DNA from: Nitrospirota bacterium
Lineage (GTDB): Bacteria; Nitrospirota; UBA9217
Assembly (NCBI GenBank): GCA_963790205.1
Contig: CAWBNQ010000001.1
Coordinates: forward strand, 544,001-608,000
Length of the DNA: 64,000 bases
Direction: 5' to 3'
Positions within the stretch are counted from its first letter, which is position 1, and every line of letters begins with the position of its first letter. Positions 1 to 10,231 of the stretch are shown here, one piece after another. Below the pieces are notes generated by a model. It was not told where the DNA came from. It saw only the letters and a program-made list of their open reading frames with translations, and searched no databases. The translations under genes and the position numbers were made by a program.

Positions 1-844
1 GGCAGGCAAGGAAGTTGTCGATCGTTCCGTACTTACTGTCCGCAACAACCGTTTCGGCCTCGACTTCCGTTGTTGCGTGGTGTTGCTCAAGCAGCGAAAG
101 CATCAGATGGGCTTCGTTCACATCGCCGGGCGCTACGTCGGTTGCAGTGATGATTTCTTTTTTACCGTCAACGGCCCGATGCACTTGGTAGGAAAGTTTG
201 GATTTCCCCCGGTTCACCAGGGCCGCGTCCGGGTCGGTGGTGGAGATATAGCGGTTGTTCTTTTTTTCGTAGGTCCTGGAAGGATCAGTGCTTTCGGTGC
301 GTTCTTCCAAGCGGGCTTCCAGCTTTTTATAATTTTTGTGCAACTGATGTTTCAGGTTCCGGGTATCGAGAACCGAACTGTTGGAGGCATTTGCATCCAC
401 CAGACTGGAGTCGACGAAGATCTTGCGGCCGTCAATAAGACCGGCTTCCGCGCACTGCAGAACAATACGTTCGAAGAACCTTTGAAAAACATCGAGGCCC
501 CATTTTTTGCGGGCCTTGGATAGCACGCTATGGTTGGGAATTTCAGAATCAAGGTCATACCCGAGAAACCAGAGCCAATCCATACGCTCTGGCAGGGTGT
601 CCATCAGCTCCCGCTCCGAGCGGACATTATAAAAGATCAGGAGTAGCATCAGTTTCAGGATAATTGGTGGTGGCACTGAAACGTTGCCGTTGTTGCCGTA
701 CAAGTCCTTGACTTCGTCATAGGCGAAGTTGAAATCGATCAGCGTATTGACTTTTCTCAAAGGATGGTTCTCACGAACCCGTTTTTCTATATTGATGCCG
801 ATATAGAACAAGCTGCTTTGAGGCGGTTGCTGCAATCCCATCAT
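1..844 (-). CDS. IS1182-family DDE transposase, N-terminal part (runs off window)
   Basis: Manual minus-strand translation from ATG 844: MMGLQQPPQSSLFY...HPLRKVNTLIDF...SVPPPIILKLMLL...SERELM...WFLGYDLDSEIPNHSVLSKAR...IFVDSSLVDANAS, a DUF772 + DDE pattern. The element end is probably near 920-930. Confidence 0.85.
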   Translation of the reverse strand, partial: MMGLQQPPQSSLFYIGINIEKRVRENHPLRKVNTLIDFNFAYDEVKDLYGNNGNVSVPPPIILKLMLLLIFYNVRSERELMDTLPERMDWLWFLGYDLDSEIPNHSVLSKARKKWGLDVFQRFFERIVLQCAEAGLIDGRKIFVDSSLVDANASNSSVLDTRNLKHQLHKNYKKLEARLEERTESTDPSRTYEKKNNRYISTTDPDAALVNRGKSKLSYQVHRAVDGKKEIITATDVAPGDVNEAHLMLSLLEQHHATTEVEAETVVADSKYGTIDNFLAC

Positions 845-976
845 GGCTATTGGCTCCTGATGTCGTGATTGACGTCGCAGCAATATAGCATTACTGAGTG
901 GCTTTCTCAATATCATTTGGGCAACAGCCCGTTGTAACTTGACAATTGCGTTGTGCTGTGATATCGTCGCGACATT

Positions 977-1849
977 ATGGCCCGTCCCCTTCGCATAGAG
1001 TATCCCGGTGCTGTTTACCAGGTCACCTCCCGCGGAAACGAAAAGAAGCCCGTCTTCAAGGACGAGCAGGACCGTCTGAACTTCCTCAATACTCTCCAGC
1101 ATGCCGGCAAACGCTACAACTGGATCTGCCACGCTTATTGTCTCATGACCAACCATTACCACCTCCTCATCGAGACCCCGGACGGCAATCTATCCATCGG
1201 CATGAGACAATTGAACGGCGTCTACACGCAGCTTTTTAACAATTGGCATGGCAGGACCGGTCACCTGTTCCAGGGACGATACAAAGCCATTCTGATCCAG
1301 AAGGACAGCCATCTCCTTGAGGTTTGCCGGTATGTGGTCCTGAATCCTGTACGGGCCAAGATGGTTGAGACGCCGGAGGGGTATCGCTGGTCTAGCTACC
1401 TGGCTACGGCGGGCAGAACAAAGCCCCATCCGTGCCTCACCACAGACTGGGTATTGGGCCAATTCAGCGGGAAGCGGGGCAAGGCGGAGCAAGAATACCG
1501 GCAGTTCGTCAAATGGGGGATCGGCAAACAATCCGTCTGGACCGACGTGCGGGGCCAGACGATACTCGGTGAAGAAGATTTTGCAGACCGCTTTATAGAT
1601 CATCTCAGGAAGCATAAAGAGGTGCCCGAGATCACCCGGAGTCAAAAATACCTGAAGAGGCCGGCCCTGGAAAAGCTGTTTTCGGAAGACATTTTGCGAA
1701 ATAAGCGCAAGCGGGACCGGCGCATAGCCGATGCGGTAGAACGCCATGGGTATCTTCAGAGAGAGCTCGCGGATCATCTGAGATTGAACTATGCAACCGT
1801 CAGCAGGTTGGTGAGTGCTCAAGAACAAATATCAAATAACAAGACGTGA
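977..1849 (+). CDS. Y1 (HUH) tyrosine transposase, RAYT-like, with C-terminal HTH
   Basis: MARPLRIEYPGAVYQVTSRGN, HUH motif NHYHLL, GHLFQGRYK, YVVLNPVRA, YRWSSY. A TTGACA-N17-TATCGT promoter lies upstream at about 939-967. Confidence 0.85.
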   Translation: MARPLRIEYPGAVYQVTSRGNEKKPVFKDEQDRLNFLNTLQHAGKRYNWICHAYCLMTNHYHLLIETPDGNLSIGMRQLNGVYTQLFNNWHGRTGHLFQGRYKAILIQKDSHLLEVCRYVVLNPVRAKMVETPEGYRWSSYLATAGRTKPHPCLTTDWVLGQFSGKRGKAEQEYRQFVKWGIGKQSVWTDVRGQTILGEEDFADRFIDHLRKHKEVPEITRSQKYLKRPALEKLFSEDILRNKRKRDRRIADAVERHGYLQRELADHLRLNYATVSRLVSAQEQISNNKT

Positions 1850-2155
1850 TAATCATAGGTTCTATAGGTTCCTTTCTCCCGCACATTTCTACCGGTCTTC
1901 AATCTGCACATTAGGATCAGTGGCGCGCAAACTTCATCCCGCAATTTCTATATGAAACACCCGTTTTGTGATATATTTTGTATGCAATTAGTTCTTCCAG
2001 AGGTCAGCAGCAGTTGTATCTTTTAGAAATCTAGAAATCGAATTTCATGCTAAAATCAGCAATATTAATTTTTTAAAAAATGAAGAACATGATGCAACTT
2101 TTTTAATTTAACGTGTCTAAAGTATATCCATCCATTCGCTTACAGGTTAGGAGCT

Positions 2156-3538
2156 GTGCTTATGAATAAATCCTTCACAAAGGGCTTTCTGCTGGCATTT
2201 ATTGTGTGCCTTTTAACGCTCCTATCCATCCAAGCCTGGGCGGACCCGGACCTGACATACTCGGTATCCTTCACGGACCAGGAGCTTGATGATCTTCTCG
2301 CCCCCGTCGCGCTCTACCCGGATCCTCTGCTTGCCCAGATACTGCCCGCTTCGACGTATCCGGCAGAGGTTGCCGATGCGGAAGCCTGGCTTAATAGCGG
2401 AGGGGACGCGTCCGGCATTGACGAGCAGACCTGGGATGAGTCCGTCAGGGCAATTGCCCACTACCCAGACATCCTCCAAATGATGGCCGGGAACATGGAT
2501 TGGACTGCCAACCTGGGAGATGCCTTTCTCAACCAGCCGGAAGACGTGACCAATTCGATCCAGCGGCTCAGGTGGCGGGCGAGGGCCGTCGGCAATCTGG
2601 TCAGTAATGCTGAACAAAGCGTCATTATCGAAGGAGACTATATCCAGATCGTTCCGGCCCAACCTCAGTACATGTACGTCCCTCAGTATGACACTGCAGT
2701 TGTATATGTCCAGGCTCCGGACGCGGGTTTCTCGCCGTTCGTCACCTTTGGCTTTGGCCTGATGATCGGGGACTGGCTGAGCATGGACTTTGACTGGGGT
2801 CACCACCACGTGATCTATCATGGCTGGGACCGCCCGGGCTGGGTCGATCATGCAAGGCCCTATGTTCACGTAACGAATGTTTATGTCAACAGAAGCAGGC
2901 CTTACATAAATCCGACATGGAGGCATGACCGGTCGCACGGCGACCCCGCCAGGTACCTGGCATCGCGACCCAGTGGTCCGAACGCCGACAGGTATGCACG
3001 CATGGGTGAAGCCAGGGGGAGCACTACGATGCAGCCCAGGCCCGACGGAGGGATATACGGCTACGGAGGGGACGCCCGCGCATTCAGCAATCGCGGCCGG
3101 GAAAGCCGTGGTATTGTCAATCAACAGCCGTCACCATCGACCCCACGTATCAGCGGACGGTCGAGTATACCGACTCCTCATGGCGGCCGGCGACCGACGA
3201 CCCCATCTCCAGGTTTCAGCGAGCAACGAACAATACCGGCCCCGAATGTCGGTGAACGGCCGCCAATGCCGGTTCCCGGCAGCAGTCGGCAACCCACACC
3301 AGTTCCTCCCTCTGTTCGCAGCAGCGGCTCGAATGAGGCCGGCTCTGCGCGAGCGAGCCAGCAGCCTGCCAGGACGCCATCCGTTACCTTTGGCGGTTAC
3401 CGGGGAGCTGGTGAAGCCAGGACACAGAGCCTTCGCGGCCAGGCCAGCCGTCAAAGCGTCGAACGAGCGCGGCCTTCCGCTCCCCCGGCGAGTCGAGGCA
3501 GAGGCAAGGACGATTCCGGTGGCAGGCAGCGCCGGTAG
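2156..3538 (+). CDS. DUF3300-family exported protein with Pro/Arg-rich tail
   Basis: Signal peptide; ELDDLLAPVALYPDPLLAQIL, WDESV, WTANLGDAFLNQ, IQRLR; adjacent to a DUF2950-like gene. Confidence 0.85.
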   Translation: MLMNKSFTKGFLLAFIVCLLTLLSIQAWADPDLTYSVSFTDQELDDLLAPVALYPDPLLAQILPASTYPAEVADAEAWLNSGGDASGIDEQTWDESVRAIAHYPDILQMMAGNMDWTANLGDAFLNQPEDVTNSIQRLRWRARAVGNLVSNAEQSVIIEGDYIQIVPAQPQYMYVPQYDTAVVYVQAPDAGFSPFVTFGFGLMIGDWLSMDFDWGHHHVIYHGWDRPGWVDHARPYVHVTNVYVNRSRPYINPTWRHDRSHGDPARYLASRPSGPNADRYARMGEARGSTTMQPRPDGGIYGYGGDARAFSNRGRESRGIVNQQPSPSTPRISGRSSIPTPHGGRRPTTPSPGFSEQRTIPAPNVGERPPMPVPGSSRQPTPVPPSVRSSGSNEAGSARASQQPARTPSVTFGGYRGAGEARTQSLRGQASRQSVERARPSAPPASRGRGKDDSGGRQRR

Positions 3539-3607
3539 AAAAAGACAGGCTTGCTTCAACTAATTTCCCTAACACGAAATATATTGGACTAAGAAAGGAA
3601 AAAATTT

Positions 3608-4579
3608 ATGGAGACGAAGCGACAGAAATCTCTCTTTCGTTCATCGCGGGGCATGGTTTTTATCGCTGCGCTTTTGGTCTGTGCAGCGTTTATCGTTGCC
3701 TGGAGCATGCCGCTCCTTGCGGCAGCGCCGCAACAACTTTTTTCCTCTCCCGAAGATGCCTTGAAAGGACTCGTTGAGGCCGTCAAGGCAAAAGACAAGG
3801 CCGCACTCGATCAGATATTCGGACCCTCCGCAAAAGACCTTCGCTCCAGTGACGATGTGCAGGCCGCCGCCGAATTCGAGGCATTTGCCAGACACGTAGC
3901 CGAGAAAACCAGCCTCGTGAAAGAAAGCGATTCAAAGGTGATCATTCACATAGGCAACGAGAACTGGCCATTTCCGATTCCCCTGGTAAAAAAGAATGAC
4001 AAATGGCTCTTTGATACCGAAGCGGGCAAAGAAGAGGTCCTGAACCGCAGGATCGGAGAAGACGAACTCACCGCCATACTGGTCTGTCGCACGTACGTCA
4101 AGGCGCAGCGCGAGTACGTCGTGAAGGACTGGGATGGCGACGGAATCCTTGCGTATGCGCAAAAACTTCGAAGTGATCCCGGCAAGAAGAACGGTCTCTT
4201 CTGGAGGCACGCGCCGGGCGAAGCAGCGAGCCCCCTGGGTGAACTCGTGGCGCGGGCCAGGATGGAAGGCTATAAGAAGGCAAAGACGGTGTTCAAGGAA
4301 CAGCCCGTGCCGTTTCATGGCTACTATTTCAAGATATTGACAAAGCAGGGAGCGCATGCGCCGGGCGGAAAATACGATTACGTCATCAACGGCAACATGG
4401 TCGGTGGCTTCAGCCTCGTCGCATTTCCCTCAAACTGGGGCAAGTCGGGAGTGATGGCCTTTATCGTCAACCAGCAAGGCAAAGTTTTTCAGAAGAACCT
4501 CGGACCGGACACTTTAAAGATCGCCCAAGAGATGCAATCGTACGATCCGGACGAGACCTGGACACCGGTTAAGGAATAA
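3608..4579 (+). CDS. DUF2950-family exported protein
   Basis: WPFPIPLVK, RRIGEDE, YAQKLRSDPGKKNGLFW, PFHGYYFKIL, GKSGVMAFIVNQQG. Confidence 0.85.
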   Translation: METKRQKSLFRSSRGMVFIAALLVCAAFIVAWSMPLLAAAPQQLFSSPEDALKGLVEAVKAKDKAALDQIFGPSAKDLRSSDDVQAAAEFEAFARHVAEKTSLVKESDSKVIIHIGNENWPFPIPLVKKNDKWLFDTEAGKEEVLNRRIGEDELTAILVCRTYVKAQREYVVKDWDGDGILAYAQKLRSDPGKKNGLFWRHAPGEAASPLGELVARARMEGYKKAKTVFKEQPVPFHGYYFKILTKQGAHAPGGKYDYVINGNMVGGFSLVAFPSNWGKSGVMAFIVNQQGKVFQKNLGPDTLKIAQEMQSYDPDETWTPVKE

Positions 4580-4770
4580 CAGGTTCTTTACATCATTCGA
4601 AGACCGTTTCAACCTGTCGAACTTACATGGGAGCGGGTGAAATATGCAGCATCCATCTTTTTGAACAGTGCTGACTTCACAACGATATCCCTCTCGAAAA
4701 ACCTCAATTGCTGTCACCCGGTTTGAATGAGCTTTTTCCCGGGGCCTGCCCGGTCCAAGCCATCCCGCTT

Positions 4771-5319
4771 TTACGCGGCCGATCGCTTCCGGACCACATC
4801 GAGTTCCGTCTTTACCGTCACCGGGCGGGAGAGTGTTATCCCGACTGGCGACGTTTTCACCACGTGGTCGTGCAGATCCCGCAGCATTCGGATATCTGCG
4901 TCAGCGTCGATCTGTACCCGCGCGAGCACGTTCTTAAACCCCGGAAGCCTGTCCATGTTGAGGTCAGCCGGAGGTTCAAGTCCAAGAAAACCGGGAAGGT
5001 CTATTTCACCCTCGATTTCTATCCGAAGCTTTTGGATTTTGATCCCCCGCACCGCGGCGTTCATGGCATAGCCGATGGCAAGGCATGCGCCGTAAGCCTG
5101 AAGCACCATCTCAACAGGGTTGGCGGCCGTGTTCGTTCCGACAAGCATCTCCGGCTCGTCGGCACGAAGCGTGAAGCCCCGGGACTCCGTTTCCACCCGG
5201 AACCCGTCCTTCCACGTTGCCGCCGCCTTCCAGACCGTTTTGCCCGTTTCCCAGTTCTTCTTGACCGACTCGACGACATTCAAAAGTTTTTCTGTTTCCA
5301 GTCCGTTGATTATCGGCAT
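4771..5319 (-). CDS. OsmC/Ohr-family protein
   Basis: ADEPEMLVGTNTAANPVE...GAC...GEIDLPGFLGL...TSPV; GGAGG RBS upstream. Confidence 0.8.
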   Translation of the reverse strand: MPIINGLETEKLLNVVESVKKNWETGKTVWKAAATWKDGFRVETESRGFTLRADEPEMLVGTNTAANPVEMVLQAYGACLAIGYAMNAAVRGIKIQKLRIEIEGEIDLPGFLGLEPPADLNMDRLPGFKNVLARVQIDADADIRMLRDLHDHVVKTSPVGITLSRPVTVKTELDVVRKRSAA

Positions 5320-5736
5320 GGCATTTCACCTCCAGGATTCGCAAGGACCATGCGATTTTTGCTTTATTTAAGTATATAATAACACTTTCCCTGTGCTTCA
5401 ACGTCCTGTCCTGAGTTGTTTCGATTGCTCCGTATTTTGAAATGGATAAGCCTTTTTTCGCACCCGTCACGTGCGGCAAAATTCCACAGGCAATGGGGAA
5501 TTTTTCATCTACTCTACAACTGGACATCGTCTCAATCCGTAGCTTTAATCCTCTCGCCGACCGCAGCGGCTCACGCCGACGCCTTTACTCAACGCTCAGA
5601 AACGGAAGCAGGAAATAAATCACCCATATTTACATATACTCCGGCCTGTGTAGACAACAGATACGTCCGCGCTCGCTGTTCGCCTGAGTAATGCATGCAG
5701 CGCCCTGCCGCCTTGTGCGTCTCCCTCTCTTTAACC

Positions 5737-5752
5737 TGGCATCGCAAATGCA
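5737..5752 (+). promoter_or_regulatory. putative sigma54 (-24/-12) promoter upstream of the methyltransferase cluster
   Basis: TGGCATCGCAAATGCA, with GG at 5738-39 and GC at 5750-51 separated by exactly 10 nt. Confidence 0.45.
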
Positions 5753-5766
5753 GAGAACTACCTGTC

Positions 5767-6096
5767 ATGAAGAACATCATTCTCTGCTCCTCAAATCCCA
5801 TATTGATAAAAAGCCTTTACGGGATCCTGAGAGACGAAGGGTACGCGGTAGAAACCATCGAGCACCCGGCCTTTGCCGTACAGAAGGTCATGAACGCACA
5901 ATACGACTTTATCATCATAGACTCTGAACCGTTCGGCCTTTCCGCGGAAGATGCGGCAGAGATCATCAAAACCGTCGCGCCCGGGATGCCCATCCTGTTC
6001 GTCGGCGGCGACCGCGAAAAGGAGCACGCCCCGGCTGTGGAGACGCCGATCGATCTTGAAAAGTTCAAGCGGACGATCCACAGTTTCGCAGTCTGA
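5767..6096 (+). CDS. stand-alone, atypical response-regulator receiver-domain protein
   Basis: MKNIILCSSN...YDFIIID...PILFVG...TPIDLE: CheY-like pattern lacking the acidic pocket and the conserved Lys. Confidence 0.6.
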   Translation: MKNIILCSSNPILIKSLYGILRDEGYAVETIEHPAFAVQKVMNAQYDFIIIDSEPFGLSAEDAAEIIKTVAPGMPILFVGGDREKEHAPAVETPIDLEKFKRTIHSFAV

Positions 6097-6140
6097 AGAA
6101 TGAAGGTTTTGACATTCCATTCCTTACGAAGGGAGACGTT

Positions 6141-7169
6141 ATGAAACCGAAAGAAGTGATCCTCAAGGCCTTTGAGGGGGGCAAGCCCGAGCGGCTTCCC
6201 GTGACCCTCTTCGGAGCGGGCATGTGGAGCATCAAGGGCTACGACACATCGTTCGAGGCCCTTTCTCACGATGCGGACAAGATGAGCGCCATGCTCGTGG
6301 ACATGAGCCCGAAGCTCCAATGCGACGTCGTTTATGCGGGCTCGGGATACAACAACTTCCATGCCTCGGCCCTCGGCGGAAAGATCAAGTTCCGGGAGGT
6401 CGGCGCGCCCGACCTGGAAAATCACTTCGTCTCTTCCGAGGAGGACCTTGCGAAGCTCAAGATCACCGATCTCGACAGGGACGATACCATCAATACCGTG
6501 AAGAAGGCGCTGCGCCTGACCAAGGCGAAAATAGGCGACACCTACGCCATGACCCTGACCGCCTGGGGACCCTTTACCCTCGGCGCCCGGCTCGTGGGCG
6601 AGGAGACCATGATGAAAGCCACGTTCAAGAAACCCGCTTTCGTCGAAAAGGTCGTTGACTTCGCCACCGACGTCCTGATCCACCTCTACGAGCCTCTCGT
6701 CAAGGACGGAACGCTCGAAGTCATCAGCCTGGCCGATCCCACGGCCTCGGGCGACCTCATCTCGCGCAAGCAGTTCGAGAAGTTCGCCGTGCCGTACCTT
6801 AAGAAATTTACCGACTGGGCGAAATCCAAAAACGTACATACGCTTGTCCACATCTGCGGCAACACCACGGACCGGCTGGACCTCTTCCCGAACACCGGCG
6901 CCTCCTGCATCAGCCTGGACCACAAAACGGACATGGCGAAGGCGAAGCAGACGCTCCACGGGAAGATGTGCTTCGGCGGGAACGTTGACCCCGTGAAGAT
7001 CATGCTCCAGGGCTCGGTCCAGGACGTGGAACACGCCTGCAAGGACGTCATCAAGATCGCCGGCAGTGACGGCGGCTTCGTGCTCATGCCGGGTTGCGAT
7101 ATCCCGCCGACCGTGCCCTATGACAATATCAAGAAGTTCATCCAAACGGCGCATGAATGGAAGATGTGA
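6141..7169 (+). CDS. MtaA/CmuA-type methylcobamide:thiol methyltransferase (URO-D fold)
   Basis: GPFTLG, ADPTASGDLIS, Zn ligands VHICG and PGCDI. Confidence 0.85.
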   Translation: MKPKEVILKAFEGGKPERLPVTLFGAGMWSIKGYDTSFEALSHDADKMSAMLVDMSPKLQCDVVYAGSGYNNFHASALGGKIKFREVGAPDLENHFVSSEEDLAKLKITDLDRDDTINTVKKALRLTKAKIGDTYAMTLTAWGPFTLGARLVGEETMMKATFKKPAFVEKVVDFATDVLIHLYEPLVKDGTLEVISLADPTASGDLISRKQFEKFAVPYLKKFTDWAKSKNVHTLVHICGNTTDRLDLFPNTGASCISLDHKTDMAKAKQTLHGKMCFGGNVDPVKIMLQGSVQDVEHACKDVIKIAGSDGGFVLMPGCDIPPTVPYDNIKKFIQTAHEWKM

Positions 7170-7334
7170 TCGCACGGCTTACGCAGGGGAGACCCCTTGT
7201 GGTCGCCCGCATTGAAAAGGAGGTGAGCGAATTCAGGTCAATGAGAGGAGGTCGATTCCACGGGAGTTTTAGAGGAGTTGAAAAAAATGTTTTCCCGGAC
7301 ACAGAAAGCGTCCGGGCAAGGGGAGGAAGGAAAA

Positions 7335-7778
7335 ATGGCTGATAAGAAAATGACAGTGGAAGAAGTAAACGAGTACATGAAGAAGCAGTGCGGTTTCGTA
7401 CCGCGCATGTTCCAGATCATCAACACCGTAACGCCCGAGCCGGGCAGGACCTTTGCTGATTTCTACGCCAGCATCTTCGGCGACGGGGCCCTTTCGCGCA
7501 AGGTGAAGGAGCTGATGTTCATGTCCGGCGGAGTGGGCTACTGCTCGCCCCGCTGCATCATCCACGTGATCCCGGCGATCAACGCGGGGGCGACCACGGG
7601 CGAGATCTTCGAGGCCGCATCGGTCGGCATGATCCTCGCGGGCTTCGTGCCCGGCGGGCCCGGCATTCCCTACGCCTTCGAGTACGCGTTGAAGTGCCTC
7701 GACATCGAAGCCAAGTACCGCAAGGGCGAGAAGTGGGAATACCTGCCGCAGCCCAAGTTCGACCACGGCGTGTTCTAA
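7335..7778 (+). CDS. carboxymuconolactone decarboxylase / AhpD-like protein
   Basis: GFVPRMF...GALSRKVKEL...CSPRCIIH...AGATTGEIFEA. Confidence 0.75.
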   Translation: MADKKMTVEEVNEYMKKQCGFVPRMFQIINTVTPEPGRTFADFYASIFGDGALSRKVKELMFMSGGVGYCSPRCIIHVIPAINAGATTGEIFEAASVGMILAGFVPGGPGIPYAFEYALKCLDIEAKYRKGEKWEYLPQPKFDHGVF

Positions 7779-7788
7779 ACACAATACG

Positions 7789-7824
7789 AGGGGGAGCGTT
7801 TCGAAGGCTCCCCCCGTTATTTTG
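7789..7824 (+). terminator. intrinsic terminator-like hairpin
   Basis: GGGGGGAGC-loop-GCTCCCCCC followed by GTTATTTT. Confidence 0.6.
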
Positions 7825-7960
7825 CAATCATAAATTTTTAATTCATTTTGTCACAGAGAACGCAGCGGTAAGACATTAAATTCGTAAGAAGTTTTTCACT
7901 GTGAGCCTGTATATGCGAACCTTCGCTTGTGGTTAAAAAAGATTTTTAAAGGGGAACCTG

Positions 7961-8908
7961 ATGTTTCGATTTAAACAGGAGCAAAAAATATTTACCCTCG
8001 ACGGCATCAAGGTGGGCGGTCAGCCGGGAGAGAACCCGCCGCTTCTGATCGCGTCCATGTTTCACAACAAAGACCGGATCGTAACGGACCGGAAGGGCAA
8101 CTTCGACCGCGTAAAGGCCGCGGAGCTCATCAAGACGCAGGAAGCGCTTTCCGCCTCAACGGGCATCCCGTCCATGGTGGCCATGGTGGCAAACTCGCCG
8201 GAAGAAGCGAAGATCTACATAGACTTTTACCGCGAGACCACGAAGATGCCCTTCGGCATCGACATGTGGGTCGCGGAAAAGCGGGCACAGGCCACGGAGT
8301 ACGTGGCCAAGCTGGGATTGCAGGACCAGTTCCTGTATAACAGCATCACGCCCTGGGACAAGGACATCAAAGGCCAGGTCCAAAAATTGAAAGACCTCGG
8401 GATCAAGCACGTCGTGGTCCAGGCTTTCGACGACGCCGATCAGTCCCCGCGCGGGCGTCTTAACTCATTGGAGAAGATCCTCGCGCAGGGCGCCGATAGT
8501 TTTGAGACCATCATCGTCGATACCTCGGTCATGAACCTGCCTGCCACATCGTTCTCGCTCGTCGCGAACCGTATGATCAAGGAGAAGCTCGGCCTTCCCT
8601 GCGGCGGCGCCTACTCGAACGGCACGCATATGTGGAAAGAGGCGAAGACCATCTGGAGCCTCGACGGGTTCAAAGCGATGGATGCCGTGGTACAAGGCAT
8701 GGCCTCGGCGATCTGGAGCGATTTCAATTTCTACGGCCCCATCGTCACGGCGCCGCGGATCTTCCCGGCAGTGGCGGCGGCCCAGATCCTGCTTTCCACC
8801 CTGGTGTACGATGAAACACAAAAGATCTCCGACAATGAGAACGTCCCGATCAAGAAATACTTTTCGGACTTCCTCGGAAAGCTGACGGCTGGAGCAGCGA
8901 GGAAATGA
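7961..8908 (+). CDS. MtrH/MtgA-family pterin (H4folate/H4MPT):corrinoid methyltransferase
   Basis: MFRFKQEQK...VGGQPGENPPLLIASMFH...YNSI...DF.FYGPI...PAVA pattern of MtrH; no other mtr subunits in the window. Confidence 0.8.
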   Translation: MFRFKQEQKIFTLDGIKVGGQPGENPPLLIASMFHNKDRIVTDRKGNFDRVKAAELIKTQEALSASTGIPSMVAMVANSPEEAKIYIDFYRETTKMPFGIDMWVAEKRAQATEYVAKLGLQDQFLYNSITPWDKDIKGQVQKLKDLGIKHVVVQAFDDADQSPRGRLNSLEKILAQGADSFETIIVDTSVMNLPATSFSLVANRMIKEKLGLPCGGAYSNGTHMWKEAKTIWSLDGFKAMDAVVQGMASAIWSDFNFYGPIVTAPRIFPAVAAAQILLSTLVYDETQKISDNENVPIKKYFSDFLGKLTAGAARK

Positions 8909-9192
8909 ACATTACCGCGACGCGGATCGACAAAGGGGGCCCCGATGATAGTTCACTCTCAGACAGTGGAAAATTGGCTGGCAACGTTGACCGAGGTTAA
9001 AGGAGTTTGCGGCAGGGTCATAGAACGTTCCCCCGGAAGGAAAGCGGAAAAGGCGGAGGGAGAGCGGGAAGGCGAGAAAAGGTCGTGTTGATCGATTTCT
9101 TCCGGCGTATTCCGTATCAAATGTTTTGCTTTCCTCCGCGTCATCCGGGGCGAACATGAATTTGATACCATATTCCTTTTAAAGGAGGCAGA

Positions 9193-10227
9193 ATGTCAAC
9201 GACAACACTAACAGCGCGGGAACGGGTGCTCAAGCTCTTCGCCGGGGATGCGGTAGACCGGCCGCCGTGCTTCAGCGGCATGGGCAACGTGACCACCGAA
9301 GGGCTGAAATCCCTGAACCAGAAGTTTGCGGCAACGCACCTTGACGCAAAGATGATGGCCGCGGCCGCGGCCTCGACCTACAAGCTGTTCGGGTTCGAGT
9401 GCGCGGTGGCCCCTTTCGACCTCTGCATCGAGGCAGAAGCCATGGGATGCGAGATCAACGTGTACGCCCATTCCGAGGACCTGCTGTACCCCACGATCAA
9501 GAAAAAACTGATCCACAACGAGGCCGAAATGGAGATATCCATCCCATCAGGCCTCACCAAACGCGGCAGGGTCCCGCTCATGAAGGAGGCGATCACGCTC
9601 ATAAAGAAGGACATCGGTGGTGAAGCGCCGGTCGGCTCCTACGTCCTGGGGCCCTTCACGCTTGCCGGCCAGGTCATGGAGCTGAACGATCTGTTGAAGC
9701 TGTCCTTCAAGAAGCCGGACAAGATCGGCAAGCTCCTGGACCAGCTCTCGGACGTGATCATCCAGGTCGCGGGAGAGTACGAAATGGCCGGTGTGGACTT
9801 CATCACCGTCCGCGAGATGGGAGCAACGTCGGACGTGCTCTCTCCCCGCGTGTTCAAGAGCCTCATCCTGCCCTATCTGAAAAAGATCTTCGAGAAGCTG
9901 ATGGTGCCGAGCGTGCTCCACATCTGCGGAAAAACGAATGACATCGTCCCCTTTATGGCCGAAAGCGGCGCGAAAGCGATCAGCGTGGACCAGAAGAACG
10001 ATCTTGCCGAGACGCGCAAGAAGCTCGGGCCCAGGGCCCTCGTGTTCGGGAACTACGACCCCTACAACGTTCTCGTGGCCGGCACGCCGGACCTGGTGCG
10101 CCAGACCATTAAGAAATGCATGGACGACGGCGCCAGCGCGGTCTGGCCCGGGTGCGACATCTGGCCCACGGTGCCGGCGGAGAATTTCAAGGCCATGATG
10201 GACGAAGTCAGAAAGTACAGGAGGTAA
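9193..10227 (+). CDS. second MtaA/CmuA-type methylcobamide:thiol methyltransferase
   Basis: APFDLCIEAEAMG, GPFTLAG, Zn ligands LHICG and WPGCDIWP. Confidence 0.85.
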   Translation: MSTTTLTARERVLKLFAGDAVDRPPCFSGMGNVTTEGLKSLNQKFAATHLDAKMMAAAAASTYKLFGFECAVAPFDLCIEAEAMGCEINVYAHSEDLLYPTIKKKLIHNEAEMEISIPSGLTKRGRVPLMKEAITLIKKDIGGEAPVGSYVLGPFTLAGQVMELNDLLKLSFKKPDKIGKLLDQLSDVIIQVAGEYEMAGVDFITVREMGATSDVLSPRVFKSLILPYLKKIFEKLMVPSVLHICGKTNDIVPFMAESGAKAISVDQKNDLAETRKKLGPRALVFGNYDPYNVLVAGTPDLVRQTIKKCMDDGASAVWPGCDIWPTVPAENFKAMMDEVRKYRR

Positions 10228-10231
10228 GCCC

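Noticed and set aside
77..523. 148-aa plus-strand ORF
   Set aside because: It is antisense to the IS1182 transposase, which the ORF track missed because it runs off the window edge.
7961..8908. Evidence for methanogenesis (Mtr complex)
   Set aside because: Only an MtrH-like subunit is present, with no mtrA-G or mcr. Stand-alone MtrH/MtgA homologues are known in bacteria.
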